Source: a bacterium (lineage in GTDB: Bacteria > Zhuqueibacterota > Zhuqueibacteria > Oceanimicrobiales > Oceanimicrobiaceae). From it: 64,000 bases of DNA. A model generated the notes under the pieces. The model made no database searches, had not been told where the DNA came from, and worked only from the letters and a program-made list of their open reading frames with translations. Shown piece after piece: positions 36,977 through 47,731 of the stretch; position 1 is the stretch's first letter; each line of letters begins with the position of its first letter. The translations under genes were made by a program, and so were the position numbers. Where the stretch lies: the NCBI GenBank assembly GCA_046757165.1, contig JBHHXT010000003.1:36144-100143 (forward strand). Direction: 5' to 3'.

Positions 36977-37915
36977 TCAGAAATCAAACGCGACCAGAAA
37001 ATTCAGATCGTGCTCTTTCCGCTGAAAGAACTGGCCCTGGTTGGAGTGACCTGTGAAGATCTCCAGCGCCACCCGCATTTTGCGCAGCGTCTGTTGCCCG
37101 ACCACCAGTCCAAACTGGATATTGAGGTCAGGGTTCCAGTTAAACTGCTGCTTCGGCTTGAGGTCCGCTGCCAGGTAAGGGTACACCAGTTTGTTTTGTC
37201 CGGTGAGGTACCACTCCGCGCCGAGCTGCAGGGTCCAGGGTTTGACTGGCACGTAGTCTGTGTAGTTCGAGGTGACATGGTAAGCTACAATCGCGCCCGC
37301 GTAGACGCGCACTGCTGCAAAACGGTAGGCCGCAAGCAGCTCGAAAAACTCGCGGCTGAATTTTTTGGGTTTTGAGAAAGGGCGGTGTTCGTTGGCAAAG
37401 ACGTCAATGGCGTGAATGACGTCATCTATTTTGTTGAAGTCATCGCCGAGGTGGCTGCTGATGTGCGTCCACTTCAATCGCGCCGAAATGCGGTGGTGCT
37501 GCAAATCCAGCGGGAATGCGATGGTGTAGTCCGTGGATTGGACGGGAAAGTCCGGGGTTCGTAGTTTCGCCACCAGGAAGGTGTTTCCTTCTACGCGCAG
37601 CTGCAGCGTGGTTGTGTTTCGTGCCACCTGAAAGAGCCCGACGGAGTAGCCGATGTTGCCGGCAAATTCCTGGCGCGCAGAGAGAAAACGGGCACTTAAC
37701 TGCACCTCGCGCGGGTCGGCGAGCTTGCGCTCGAACAGCCATTGGCGTGGAAACAAGATGAAACTGCTTGCAGCGTGTCCTTCACATCGAGCAAATTGCG
37801 GCTGAAACAACAGGGAGACGAGGACGAGCAGAAGCCAAAGGGACCCGCTTGCGATGTTCCGTCCTTTGTGTGGGGTTGGACGGCGAGCCAAAAGAGAGGA
37901 GATTCCGGAATTCAT
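36977..37915 (-). CDS. Putative outer-membrane beta-barrel protein (DUF1207-like)
   Basis: Signal peptide, LADPRE, HISSHLGDD, GHSNQGQF and a terminal Phe. Confidence 0.7.
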   Translation of the reverse strand: MNSGISSLLARRPTPHKGRNIASGSLWLLLVLVSLLFQPQFARCEGHAASSFILFPRQWLFERKLADPREVQLSARFLSARQEFAGNIGYSVGLFQVARNTTTLQLRVEGNTFLVAKLRTPDFPVQSTDYTIAFPLDLQHHRISARLKWTHISSHLGDDFNKIDDVIHAIDVFANEHRPFSKPKKFSREFFELLAAYRFAAVRVYAGAIVAYHVTSNYTDYVPVKPWTLQLGAEWYLTGQNKLVYPYLAADLKPKQQFNWNPDLNIQFGLVVGQQTLRKMRVALEIFTGHSNQGQFFQRKEHDLNFLVAFDF

Positions 37916-37977
37916 GGCAGTCCTTTATTGTTGCAATTCTATACTCGACTCGATTCAATTTTCTCCGGAGGATGTGC

Positions 37978-39180
37978 ATGTCTAAAGCGTGGCAAATGTT
38001 GATTCTGCTGAGCCTTGCCGAGCTGCTTGCCATGACCGTGTGGTTCAGCGTCTCTGCGGTTGGCCCGGCACTGGAAGCCGAGGTCGGCTTGACCAGCGGC
38101 CAGTTGGCCCTTCTGGTCATGGCGGTGCAGTTTGGCTTCGTGCTGGGGACGCTCTTCATCGCGTTTGCCAACTTAGCGGATGTGTTCAATACGCGTCACG
38201 TTTTATCATTTTCGGCATGTCTGGCCGCAATCGTAAATGGCAGCTATTTGTTTTTTGCCGACGCGTTCACCTGGAGTCTTGGCTTGAGATTTCTGACCGG
38301 TTTCTTTCTCGCCGGCGTCTATCCGCCCGGCATGAAGGTCATCGCCGGGTGGTTCAAGCGTGGCCGGGGCATGGCGATCGGGACACTGGTTGGGGCGCTG
38401 ACGATAGGCACTGGTTTGCCGCACTGGCTCGGCTCTATCCTGCGGCAACAATGGCAGATGACGGTCCTGGCCAGCTCCGGGTTGGCCCTGCTGGCAGCGG
38501 TTATCGTGCTATTCTTTGTAAAAGACGGACCGTACGACGTGCCTGCCCGCAGGTTCAATTTCAAGTATGGCTTTACGGTTCTGAAGGATAGACCGGTGCG
38601 GTTGGCCTACCTGGGCTATTTTGGTCACATGTGGGAGCTTTATGCCATGTGGACGTGGGTGCCGGTCTTTCTGCTCAGCGTGGTTGGCGCCAGTGGGCAG
38701 CCGGCCGGGATTTCGTCCGGGTTTGCCGCCTTTATCATCATCGCTGCCGGCGCCGTTGGCTGTGTTGTGTCGGGTGTCTGGGCCGACCGGGTCGGTCGCA
38801 GTCGCTCCACCATCACCGCCATGGTGGCAAGCGGGTTATGCTGTTTTTTCGTCGGTTTTTTGGATACTCTCGATCCCGTTTGGTTGTTGGCGATCTGCGT
38901 CGTGTGGGGGATCACCGTGGTGGCGGACTCAGCGCAGTTCTCGGCTGCCGTCACTGAGCTGTGCGAGCCGGAGTACACCGGCACGGTCTTGACCCTGCAA
39001 ACCAGCATTGGCTTCTTGATCACCATGGTTTCGATTCGCATTGTGCCGGTGGTGCGGGAGATGGTTGGCTGGGGCGGCGCATTCTTCGTTCTGGGGCTTG
39101 GCCCGGTGGCCGGGATCATCGCCATGGCGTTGCTCTACCGGACGCCCGAAGCCGTCAAGATGGCCGGTGGTAACCGGTGA
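37978..39180 (+). CDS. MFS transporter
   Basis: About 12 TM segments, GVYPPGMK, GYFGHMWELYAMW, WADRVGR and ADSAQFS; start at ATG 37978 with a GGAGGA RBS. Confidence 0.92.
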   Translation: MSKAWQMLILLSLAELLAMTVWFSVSAVGPALEAEVGLTSGQLALLVMAVQFGFVLGTLFIAFANLADVFNTRHVLSFSACLAAIVNGSYLFFADAFTWSLGLRFLTGFFLAGVYPPGMKVIAGWFKRGRGMAIGTLVGALTIGTGLPHWLGSILRQQWQMTVLASSGLALLAAVIVLFFVKDGPYDVPARRFNFKYGFTVLKDRPVRLAYLGYFGHMWELYAMWTWVPVFLLSVVGASGQPAGISSGFAAFIIIAAGAVGCVVSGVWADRVGRSRSTITAMVASGLCCFFVGFLDTLDPVWLLAICVVWGITVVADSAQFSAAVTELCEPEYTGTVLTLQTSIGFLITMVSIRIVPVVREMVGWGGAFFVLGLGPVAGIIAMALLYRTPEAVKMAGGNR

Positions 39181-39567
39181 GCCTTGCTTTTCGCAACGCT
39201 GAAGCGTTGCACTCCAAACGTCCCCCGCATATCAAAAACAATTAATCTTGTGAAGGGAGTGAAATGCTTCAGCATTTCGCAGGGTAAATCTCCTGCAATC
39301 CAGACCTGGCTAAACTCACCCTACCTCCCGGATGTGTGCGTAAAAACACGGTTGCAAGCCATGTTGGATCGGGCTTGAATTAATTGTCTTCCCAAAAATG
39401 GGGGGGCATTCGTACCGCCACAATCTTCGCTTGATTTTGGCACTCCTTTTGTTAATTTCTATTCAGTTCTTCAGGTTGTTAGGCTGTAGGCTGTTGGGGA
39501 ATTCTCCGGTTGCGTGACACGTGACAGAGGACAATTGCTCTGCTTTGGCGAAAACGTGAAATACTGA

Positions 39568-39978
39568 CTATAAGTTCACCTCCAGTCGGTGCTGTCGGGT
39601 TCCGACGCCAGCGATTCCTTGAGTTAGGGTGATTGGCGGCACCAGAATGGTGAACAACGAAGCTTCTGGTAGTTGCAAAATAGTTGTTTTGCCCTTCTGG
39701 CCGTAACTATGCCTTGACCGTTTTTCAGGTTGCTTGAAAAGTGTTAGATTGCCACCATTGAAATTCAAAAAAACTGGCTTACAATCTGAGTCTGGAAGCC
39801 TCAGCGGCAGTGCCAGAGTAGCAGGTTCTTCGGAATTCTGCTTGCAATTCTCGTTCTGTTTGTCTAAAATTCTTTTCATAGGAGCTGCTCCTTGTTTGTC
39901 ATATTGTAAGTCAATATATAATAAATATTTACAAGGAGAACTCCTGTTGTTCTTTTAAGAATTTATGAATTATTCAGG
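39568..39978 (-). mobile_element. Degenerate IS1380-like element remnant (internally deleted transposase)
   Basis: ORF fragment …LPDSDCKPVFLNFNGGNLT resembles an IS1380 transposase N-terminus and then breaks off; candidate terminus CCTGAATAATTCATAAAT at 39978; AT-rich. Confidence 0.55.
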
Positions 39979-40069
39979 TTAGATAAGTTGCTCAACCCGA
40001 CCGAATAATGCTTTGCGATTTTGGGCCAGGTCGTCGGGCACCATTACTTGTCAATAAGGAAACCGATTT

Positions 40070-40924
40070 ATGCAAGTCAAGAACGTAACGGTCGTGGGGG
40101 CGGGGACAATGGGCAACGGCATCGCACATGTCTTTGCCACTTCCGGTTACACCGTCAACCTGGTGGACACTGAGCAAGTGCTGTTGGACCGTGCTCTGGT
40201 GACCATCAAGAAGAACCTGGAGCGCCAGGTCAAGAAAGAGAAAATCGCGCCATCGGACGCCGATGAGGCTTTGAGCCGGATTGCACCAACTTTGAATCTG
40301 GATTGTGCGCGCGAATCCGACCTGGTCGTGGAGGCGGTCAGCGAGAGCCTGAAAGTCAAGAAAACGTTGTGCGGCCGTCTGGATGAGATTTGTTCGGCTG
40401 AGACCGTTTTCGCCTCCAACACCTCGTCGATTTCGATCACCGAGATCGCGGCGGCGACCCACCGGTCTGAGAAGGTCGTGGGCATGCATTTCTTCAATCC
40501 GGTTCCGGTGATGCAGTTGGTAGAGGTGGTTCGCGGCCTGGCGACGTCCGATGCGGTATTCGAGCTGGTGATGGAGGTGAGCAAGAAGCTGGGCAAAACG
40601 CCGGTCGCGGTCAACGACTATCCGGGTTTCGTGTCAAACCGCGTTTTGATGCCGATGATCAACGAGGCGGTTTATTGTATCATGGAGGGGGTCGCAGACA
40701 AACAAGCGGTGGACACGATTATGAAACTGGGCATGGCGCATCCGATGGGACCGCTTGCGCTGGCAGATTTCATCGGGCTGGATGTTTGCTTGCATATTAT
40801 GAACGTCTTGCATGAGAACCTGGGGGATGACAAATACCGTCCGTGCCCCTTGTTGAAGAAGATGGTCGCTGCCGGGTATCTGGGTAGAAAATCGGGCAAG
40901 GGGTTCTATGATTACCCTCGGTAG
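40070..40924 (+). CDS. hbd: 3-hydroxybutyryl-CoA dehydrogenase
   Basis: [24 protein letters not shown] and HPMGPL. Confidence 0.95.
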   Translation: MQVKNVTVVGAGTMGNGIAHVFATSGYTVNLVDTEQVLLDRALVTIKKNLERQVKKEKIAPSDADEALSRIAPTLNLDCARESDLVVEAVSESLKVKKTLCGRLDEICSAETVFASNTSSISITEIAAATHRSEKVVGMHFFNPVPVMQLVEVVRGLATSDAVFELVMEVSKKLGKTPVAVNDYPGFVSNRVLMPMINEAVYCIMEGVADKQAVDTIMKLGMAHPMGPLALADFIGLDVCLHIMNVLHENLGDDKYRPCPLLKKMVAAGYLGRKSGKGFYDYPR

Positions 40925-40941
40925 AATGGTGTGACATGACA

Positions 40942-41039
40942 TTCAGGCAGATTGGCTGTAGACTTTTAGGCTGTAGGAAGCTCAGAAGAGCTGCGCTTTG
41001 CTTCGGGATGCAAAATAGCCTACAGTCTAAACACCTGAA
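40942..41039. repeat. Imperfect hairpin built from TAGGCTG/CAGCCTA heptamers
   Basis: TTCAGG…GGCTGTAGACTTTTAGGCTGTAGG … TAGCCTACAGTCTAAACACCTGAA; similar units at 39470-39496. Confidence 0.5.
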
Positions 41040-41102
41040 CTTAACGCCCTGTGTGCGACGTAAAGAAAGTAAGATTGAACCAATACCTTAATGAGGCGAT
41101 GA

Positions 41103-42245
41103 ATGGATTTCCAATGGACTGAGGAGCAACGGCTGATTCAACAAACTGCGCGCGAGTTTGCGCAAAACGAAGTGGCGAAAGACGCAGACGAGCGCGACCG
41201 GACAGAAACCTTTCCTGAGCACCATGTGAAACAGATGGCCGAATTGGGGTTCATGGGCATGATGGTGAGTCCCGAATACGGCGGCAGCGGTTTGGATTCG
41301 GTCAGCTATGTGATCGTGATCGAGGAGCTCTCCAAGGTAGATGCTTCGGTCGGCGTCATTTGTTCGGTAAACAACTCACTGGTCTGTTTTGGCCTGGAGG
41401 CCTACGGCACTGAGGCGATAAAGCAGAACTACCTGACTCCTCTGGCGAAGGGGGAGAAACTCGGGGCGTTTTGTCTGTCGGAGCCAGACTCGGGCTCGGA
41501 CGCTTCCGCCATGAAAACCTCCGCCGTGCGACAGGGGGACCAGTACCTTCTCAACGGAACGAAGAATTGGATCACCAACGGCAAATATGCGGAATACTAT
41601 GTCGTCACCGCTCATACCGACCTGTCGGCTGGCCACCGCGGCATCAGTACGTTTGTGGTCGAAAAGAGCTTTCCGGGGTTTTCGGTTGGGAAAAAGGAAA
41701 AGAAGCTGGGCATTCGCAGCTCGGATACGGTTTCGATCGTCCTCGATGATTGTGTGGTGCCCAAAGAGAATCTTCTGGGCAACGAAGGCGACGGCTTCAA
41801 GATCGCCATGCAAACGCTCAACGGCGGGCGGATCGGCATTGCCGCGCAAGCGCTGGGCATCGCGCAAGGCTCACTGGAAGCCGCCATCACCTATGCCAAA
41901 GAACGCGAGCAGTTCGGCAAACCCATCGCCAGGTTCCAGGCGATTCAATTCAAGCTGGCGGATATGGAAACACGCATCGACGCGGCACGGCTTCTGACTT
42001 ACCAGGCGGCGTGGAAAAAAGACAACAATCTGAGTTACTCGGTTGATGCTGCAAAGGCCAAGGTGTTTGCCTCTGAGACCGCTGTCTATGCCAGCACCGA
42101 AGCCGTGCAAATCTTCGGGGGATATGGCTATTTAAAAGATTACCCGGTGGAACGGTTTATGCGCGACTCCAAGATCACCGAAATCTATGAAGGGACTTCG
42201 GAGATTCAGAGGCTGGTTATCGGTCGTGGCCTTCTGGGAAAATAG
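41103..42245 (+). CDS. Acyl-CoA dehydrogenase (butyryl-CoA dehydrogenase-like)
   Basis: FCLSEPDSGSD, GTKNWITNG, REQFGKPI and IYEGTSEIQR. Confidence 0.95.
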   Translation: MDFQWTEEQRLIQQTAREFAQNEVAKDADERDRTETFPEHHVKQMAELGFMGMMVSPEYGGSGLDSVSYVIVIEELSKVDASVGVICSVNNSLVCFGLEAYGTEAIKQNYLTPLAKGEKLGAFCLSEPDSGSDASAMKTSAVRQGDQYLLNGTKNWITNGKYAEYYVVTAHTDLSAGHRGISTFVVEKSFPGFSVGKKEKKLGIRSSDTVSIVLDDCVVPKENLLGNEGDGFKIAMQTLNGGRIGIAAQALGIAQGSLEAAITYAKEREQFGKPIARFQAIQFKLADMETRIDAARLLTYQAAWKKDNNLSYSVDAAKAKVFASETAVYASTEAVQIFGGYGYLKDYPVERFMRDSKITEIYEGTSEIQRLVIGRGLLGK

Positions 42246-42260
42246 CGGGTCAAAAGCCTG

Positions 42261-42460
42261 AAGCGCCCATCTTTTTTCGCAGACTTCGCTGCGAAAGAAG
42301 CCATTTAGCGCTTCGCGCTGTCATTTGCCCTAGGGGCGTCATGGGGTCAGTGGTTGCTCAATGACGCCCGCAGGGCAAATGACAGAAAATGACGAGCGAA
42401 GCTCAAATGACAATAATTCATCGACAACAAATTGTCGATAGCACGGCACCAGGCGCCCAT
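42261..42460 (+). repeat. Structured intergenic mini-element, copy B
   Basis: Same end motifs as copy A; flanked by the direct repeat GCGCCCAT at 42263-42270 and 42453-42460. Confidence 0.75.
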
Positions 42461-42466
42461 TTTGCA

Positions 42467-42495
42467 TTGACTTTCATGATATTTAGAGCTATGTT
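42467..42495 (+). promoter_or_regulatory. Putative sigma70 promoter for ilvE-nusB
   Basis: TTGACT-N17-TATGTT. Confidence 0.5.
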
Positions 42496-42527
42496 GATGT
42501 TGTTTCGTATTCTTAACCTCGGAGGTC

Positions 42528-43460
42528 ATGCCTATGTCTGAGTTCTTAGAGGACGGTAAGATTTGGTTTAACGGGAGATTAGTCGACTGGAAGGACGCCA
42601 CTCTACATATCATGAGCCACGTGTTGCACTATGGCTCCGCCGTATTCGAAGGTCTGAGATGTTATGACACACCCAGGGGGCCCGGAATCTTTCGATTGCA
42701 GGACCACATACGCCGTTTGTTTGATTCCGCCAAAATATACAGAATGCCGATACCTTATTCGCAGGAAAAGATCATTCAGGCGTCGATAGAGGTGATTAAA
42801 GCGAACAATTTGCAGGAAGCCTACTTGCGCCCGATCGCCTACCGGGGATATGGTAGCCTCGGAGTCGACCCACGCAACTGCCCGGTTGAAGTCGCCGTGG
42901 CGGCGTTGGCCTGGGGCAAGTACCTGGGGGATGAAGCGATCAATATTGGGGTTGATGTGCGTGTTTCTTCCTGGAGCCGAATGAGGCCGAATACGTTGCC
43001 CGCGCTTTCAAAATGCGCCGCCAACTACATGAACTCGCAATTGATCAATCTCGAGGCGAAAGCCGATGGGTATGTCGAAGGCATCAGCCTTGACGCCAAT
43101 GGCTATGTCAGTGAAGGGAGTGGCGAGAACATCTTTCTTGTTCGCGATGGCAAAATCTACACCCCGCCCTTTTCCGCTTCCATCTTGCCTGGCATCACCA
43201 GAGACTGTGTTATCAAGCTCGCCGATGACCTCGGATACTCCGTTATGGAGGCCGTGATTCCGCGAGAGATGCTTTATGTCGCTGACGAGGTGTTCTTCAC
43301 AGGCAGCGCAGCCGAGGTCAGTCCTATCAAGACCATCGATCGCATTCCGATCGGTGAAGGACGCCGCGGCCCGATTACGGAAAAGTTGCAGAAGCGATTT
43401 TTTGGTATCTTATCCGGGGAAGTTGAAGATAAATATGGGTGGCTCACCCTTGTCGAGTGA
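42528..43460 (+). CDS. ilvE: Branched-chain amino acid aminotransferase
   Basis: [24 protein letters not shown] and LPGITR. Confidence 0.97.
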   Translation: MPMSEFLEDGKIWFNGRLVDWKDATLHIMSHVLHYGSAVFEGLRCYDTPRGPGIFRLQDHIRRLFDSAKIYRMPIPYSQEKIIQASIEVIKANNLQEAYLRPIAYRGYGSLGVDPRNCPVEVAVAALAWGKYLGDEAINIGVDVRVSSWSRMRPNTLPALSKCAANYMNSQLINLEAKADGYVEGISLDANGYVSEGSGENIFLVRDGKIYTPPFSASILPGITRDCVIKLADDLGYSVMEAVIPREMLYVADEVFFTGSAAEVSPIKTIDRIPIGEGRRGPITEKLQKRFFGILSGEVEDKYGWLTLVE

Positions 43461-43468
43461 AAGGTCAA

Positions 43469-43939
43469 ATGTCCTCGAATCCCCAAAAGCTGAACAGGAG
43501 AAGGAGAGCCAGGGAGCTGGCCATGCGGGCTCTTTATGCGCATGAGATGTCCGGCAATCCCATCGAGAGCGTCATCAAAGAAATGATCCAAGGCAATGCC
43601 GACGAACACGAAAGAGTCCTGGCGTTCGCCGCAACCTTGGTGCACGCTTGTGTTGAGAACCAGGCTGAAATTGAGAAGCTGATCATCGAACAGGCCCACA
43701 ACTGGGATTTCGACCGAATTGCGGTCCTCGACCGGTTGATCATGCGTATGGGCATCTGTGAATTCCTGTATTTTGAAGACATTCCACCGAAAGTGTCAAT
43801 CGATGAAGCGATCGAAATATCGAAGAAGTATAGTACCGAGAAGAGCGGCACATTCATAAACGGCATTCTGGACGGAGTTTTGTTACACTTGCGGCGTGAT
43901 AAGCGTCTGACGAAAAGCGGCAGAGGGTTGCACGAATAA
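43469..43939 (+). CDS. nusB: Transcription antitermination factor NusB
   Basis: RRRARELAMRALY, NWDFDRI, VSIDEAIE and FINGILD. Confidence 0.96.
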   Translation: MSSNPQKLNRRRRARELAMRALYAHEMSGNPIESVIKEMIQGNADEHERVLAFAATLVHACVENQAEIEKLIIEQAHNWDFDRIAVLDRLIMRMGICEFLYFEDIPPKVSIDEAIEISKKYSTEKSGTFINGILDGVLLHLRRDKRLTKSGRGLHE

Positions 43940-44028
43940 GCAAAGTGCATGCAGGTTTCAGCCCGAACCGGAAGGATAGTTCGAGGATAGTTTAATGGTA
44001 GCACGGAGAATCGCTTAGGAAAGGAAGC

Positions 44029-47000
44029 ATGATTTCACGAATCGTCTCAACGGTATTTGGCAGTAAGCATGATCGGGACATCAAGAAACTGCAACCCCTT
44101 GTTGATGAAATCAATCGATATTTTCATCAGTATGACAGCCTGACGGATGCTGAGCTCAAGGCCAAGACCGGCGAGTTCAAGACGCGAATCGCAGATGCGA
44201 TCGCGGAAGTCCGGCAGGAGCTCACGGACCTGAGAGCCATCTTGCATGCGGATACGTTTTCCGCCGCCGACAAAACGAATGGCCAGGAGGAGCAAAAGGA
44301 AGAAGAGGCCAGCGAGATCGAGAGAATTCGCGAACGGATGGAAGCTCTGGAGGAAGAAGAGCATGAAATCACAGAAGCCACCCTCAATGAGCTGCTTCCG
44401 GAAGCGTTTGCGGCTGTCAAGCAAACGTGCCAACGGCTGAAAGGCAAGAAATGGAGAGTCTGCGACCAGGAAATCCAGTGGGATATGGTGCCGTACGACG
44501 TTCAGCTCATCGGTGCCATCGTGCTGCACCAGGGCAAAATCGCTGAAATGGCGACGGGTGAAGGCAAGACACTTGTCGCGACCATGCCGTTGTATCTGAA
44601 CGCACTGCCCGGCAAAGGCGTGCATCTTGTGACGGTCAACGATTATTTGGCGCGCCGCGACTGTGAGTGGATGGGCGAGATCTACAAATTCCTGGACATG
44701 ACGGTTGATTATATCGAAAACAGTATGGATCCGGAGCGGCGCCGGCTCGCCTACAATACCGATATCACCTATGGTACCAACAATGAATTTGGCTTCGATT
44801 ACCTACGCGACAACATGGCCATTCGTCTCGAGGATAAGGTGCAACCGGGCCATTATTACTCAATTGTCGACGAGGTCGATTCAGTCCTTATTGATGAGGC
44901 GCGCACACCGCTGATCATCTCCGGACCGGTTGAACATTCCACCCATCGCTACGACGAGATGAAGCCGCGTGTGGAGCAGTTGGTGAAGCGGCAAACCAAT
45001 TTCGTCAACAGCATCGTGGCTGAAGGCGAGAAACTGCTGAGTGATGGCGAGGAGTATGAAGCCGGGATCAAGCTCCTGCAAGGCTCGCGTGGCGCCCCCA
45101 AGAACAGAAGATTGATCAAGCTGATGCATGAAGTGGGCGTGAAGAAGTTGATTCGCCGCGTCGAAAATGATTATCTGCGCGACAAGAAGATGCACGAAAT
45201 CGACGAGGTGCTCTACTACGCCATCGACGAAAAAGCGCATACCATCGATCTGACGGACAAGGGACGGGATGCGCTCTCACCCAATGAGCCTGAGATGTTC
45301 GTCATCCCTGACTTGTCCGAGAAGCTGCATGCCATTGATACCGATGAATCGCTTTCAGGGCAGGAAAAACTTGCTCAAAAAGGCAAATTACAGGCAGAGT
45401 ATTCTGAGAAGAGCGAGCGCTTGCACAACATTTCACAACTGCTGCGCGCCTATTCTTTGTTTGAAAAAGACGTCGAATATGTTGTCACCGATGGCAAGGT
45501 GATGATCGTCGATGAGTTCACGGGCCGGCTGATGCCCGGCCGGCGTTTCAGCGATGGTCTGCATCAGGCACTGGAGGCCAAGGAGAACGTCAAGATCGAG
45601 CGCGAGACGCAAACGTTGGCCACCATCACCCTGCAGAATTATTTCCGTTTGTACAAGAAACTTGCGGGCATGACCGGCACTGCCGAAACCGAAGCAGGAG
45701 AATTCTGGCAAATCTACAAATTGGACGTGGTGGTGATTCCTACCAATGTACCTGTGTGCCGCTCCGACCATGAGGACCATATCTATCGCAGCAAGCGCGA
45801 AAAATACAAGGCCATCATCGACGAAATTGTTGAAAAACATGAAAAGAAGCAGCCGGTCCTGGTTGGGACGATTTCGGTTGAGGTTTCGGAAACGTTGAGC
45901 CGTATGCTGACCCGCCGCGGGATTCGGCACAATGTCCTGAATGCTAAACAGCATCAGCGGGAGGCAGAGATCGTTTCGCATGCCGGAGAACCGGGCGCGG
46001 TCACCATCGCCACCAACATGGCCGGGCGCGGTACGGACATCAAGTTGGGCGCCGGCGTGGCGGAGACAGCAGGCGGGCTGCACATCATCGGAACCGAGCG
46101 GCATGAATCCCGCCGCATCGACCGGCAGTTGCGCGGGCGAAGCGGCCGCCAGGGAGACCCTGGCTCGTCCAGGTTTTATCTCTCTCTCGAAGATGACTTG
46201 ATGCGGTTATTCCAGTCTGACCGAGTGGCCGGGATCATGGACCGCCTCGGTGTGGAAGAAGGCGAGGTCATTCAACATGCGATGATCACCCGCTCCATCG
46301 AGCGTGCGCAGAAACGCGTGGAAGGACACAATTTTGACATCCGCAAGCATTTGCTGGAATACGATGATGTCATGAACCAACAGCGCGAGGTGATTTACAA
46401 CAAGCGGGCGCATGCCCTGCAAGGGGAGAACCTGAAGGAGGAATACCTCGAGATCATCGCTGATTTTACGGAAAACAAAATCCGCCTGCGCACAGACGAA
46501 CACGAGTACGCTGAAGCGTGGGATTGGGATGGGCTGCGCAACGATTTTCGCAAAACCATGCTGCTCGAAATACCGTTTACGGAAGCAGAGATTCCGGGTC
46601 TGACTCAGTCGGCGCTGTTTGAGAGAATTTGCGAAGCCGCGGTTGAGCATTACAACGCCCGGGAACGACATTTTGGCGAGAAACTCATGCGGCAACTCGA
46701 ACGCATGGCGATGTTGCGGGTCATCGACGAGCGGTGGCGAGAGCATCTTTATGAAATGGACCAGTTGAAAGAGGGGATTGGGCTGCGAGCGTACGGGCAA
46801 AAAAATCCGTTGCTGGAGTACAAATCTGAAGGCTTTCGCATGTTTAGCGAGATGCTCGATCTGATCAATGAGCAGGTTCTCGACTTGATTTTTAGAGCCC
46901 AGATTCAACAAGAACCGATGATGGGGCGCAGAAGAATCCCCCAACAAATGACTATGGTGCATGACTCGACAGAGGGAATGGGATTCTCGAATGTTCCGCA

Positions 47001-47145
47001 AACAAGCGCGATGGCGCAAGCTGCGGAGCAATCCCGTGGGGCGAAACCGAAACCAGTCGTCGTCGGACAGAAAATAGGACGCAATGATCCCTGTCCGTGT
47101 GGCAGTGGCAAAAAGTACAAAAAATGCCACGGCGCCATGCAATAA
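44029..47145 (+). CDS. secA: Preprotein translocase ATPase SecA
   Basis: [38 protein letters not shown] and a SEC-C motif [13 protein letters not shown]. Confidence 0.99.
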   Translation: MISRIVSTVFGSKHDRDIKKLQPLVDEINRYFHQYDSLTDAELKAKTGEFKTRIADAIAEVRQELTDLRAILHADTFSAADKTNGQEEQKEEEASEIERIRERMEALEEEEHEITEATLNELLPEAFAAVKQTCQRLKGKKWRVCDQEIQWDMVPYDVQLIGAIVLHQGKIAEMATGEGKTLVATMPLYLNALPGKGVHLVTVNDYLARRDCEWMGEIYKFLDMTVDYIENSMDPERRRLAYNTDITYGTNNEFGFDYLRDNMAIRLEDKVQPGHYYSIVDEVDSVLIDEARTPLIISGPVEHSTHRYDEMKPRVEQLVKRQTNFVNSIVAEGEKLLSDGEEYEAGIKLLQGSRGAPKNRRLIKLMHEVGVKKLIRRVENDYLRDKKMHEIDEVLYYAIDEKAHTIDLTDKGRDALSPNEPEMFVIPDLSEKLHAIDTDESLSGQEKLAQKGKLQAEYSEKSERLHNISQLLRAYSLFEKDVEYVVTDGKVMIVDEFTGRLMPGRRFSDGLHQALEAKENVKIERETQTLATITLQNYFRLYKKLAGMTGTAETEAGEFWQIYKLDVVVIPTNVPVCRSDHEDHIYRSKREKYKAIIDEIVEKHEKKQPVLVGTISVEVSETLSRMLTRRGIRHNVLNAKQHQREAEIVSHAGEPGAVTIATNMAGRGTDIKLGAGVAETAGGLHIIGTERHESRRIDRQLRGRSGRQGDPGSSRFYLSLEDDLMRLFQSDRVAGIMDRLGVEEGEVIQHAMITRSIERAQKRVEGHNFDIRKHLLEYDDVMNQQREVIYNKRAHALQGENLKEEYLEIIADFTENKIRLRTDEHEYAEAWDWDGLRNDFRKTMLLEIPFTEAEIPGLTQSALFERICEAAVEHYNARERHFGEKLMRQLERMAMLRVIDERWREHLYEMDQLKEGIGLRAYGQKNPLLEYKSEGFRMFSEMLDLINEQVLDLIFRAQIQQEPMMGRRRIPQQMTMVHDSTEGMGFSNVPQTSAMAQAAEQSRGAKPKPVVVGQKIGRNDPCPCGSGKKYKKCHGAMQ

Positions 47146-47229
47146 CACTTGATTTTCGGGGATAATTTGTTACATTAGCTGTTAAGTTTGCAGGAAGAAA
47201 TGAGGATATACTAGGTGAGGAGCGAATCT

Positions 47230-47697
47230 ATGAACGAGCGAGTTGTGGAAATCCTGATCTATCTCATGAGCGCCATCCGAAAAAATCACAACGTTACGCA
47301 GAAGCTCGATTTGCTGTCCGAAAATCTCATCCAAAAAGGCTATTCTGAAAGCGAAATTAGCAACGCGTTTACCTGGTTGCTGGACAAGTTGAATTATGAA
47401 TCAGAAGAGATTGTTCAAAACCAGGGTCCCGCCCTTAAACACTCATTTCGCCATCTTCATGAGATCGAGCGCTCCGTTATTTCAACAGAAGCGTACGGCT
47501 ATATTATTCAGTTGACAGAGCTCGGAATCATCGATGAACTGGATGTCGAGCAGATTCTGGAGCGCGCGATGATCATGGGGACGCCCCAGGTCATCGTTGA
47601 AGATATCAAGTCGATAGTGGCTGCCATGCTCTTCACAAGTGACAGCATGCTCGAGGGGGGGTACTTCGTGTTCGAGGAAAGTCCTATCATCCAGTAG
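47230..47697 (+). CDS. smg: Smg/DUF494 family protein
   Basis: MNERVVEILIYLM, GYSESEISNAFTWL and R.LHEIE; upstream of topA. Confidence 0.85.
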   Translation: MNERVVEILIYLMSAIRKNHNVTQKLDLLSENLIQKGYSESEISNAFTWLLDKLNYESEEIVQNQGPALKHSFRHLHEIERSVISTEAYGYIIQLTELGIIDELDVEQILERAMIMGTPQVIVEDIKSIVAAMLFTSDSMLEGGYFVFEESPIIQ

Positions 47698-47731
47698 TCT
47701 CAGAATTGAAGAGATCAACCGCACCACAGGT

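Noticed and set aside
39438..39453. Sigma54-like TGGCACTCCTTTTGTT
   Set aside because: The -12 element is GT rather than GC and no gene starts nearby
44150..44400. Acidic coiled insertion near the SecA N-terminus
   Set aside because: Long SecA variants with such insertions are, to my knowledge, common in FCB-group bacteria, and all catalytic motifs are intact
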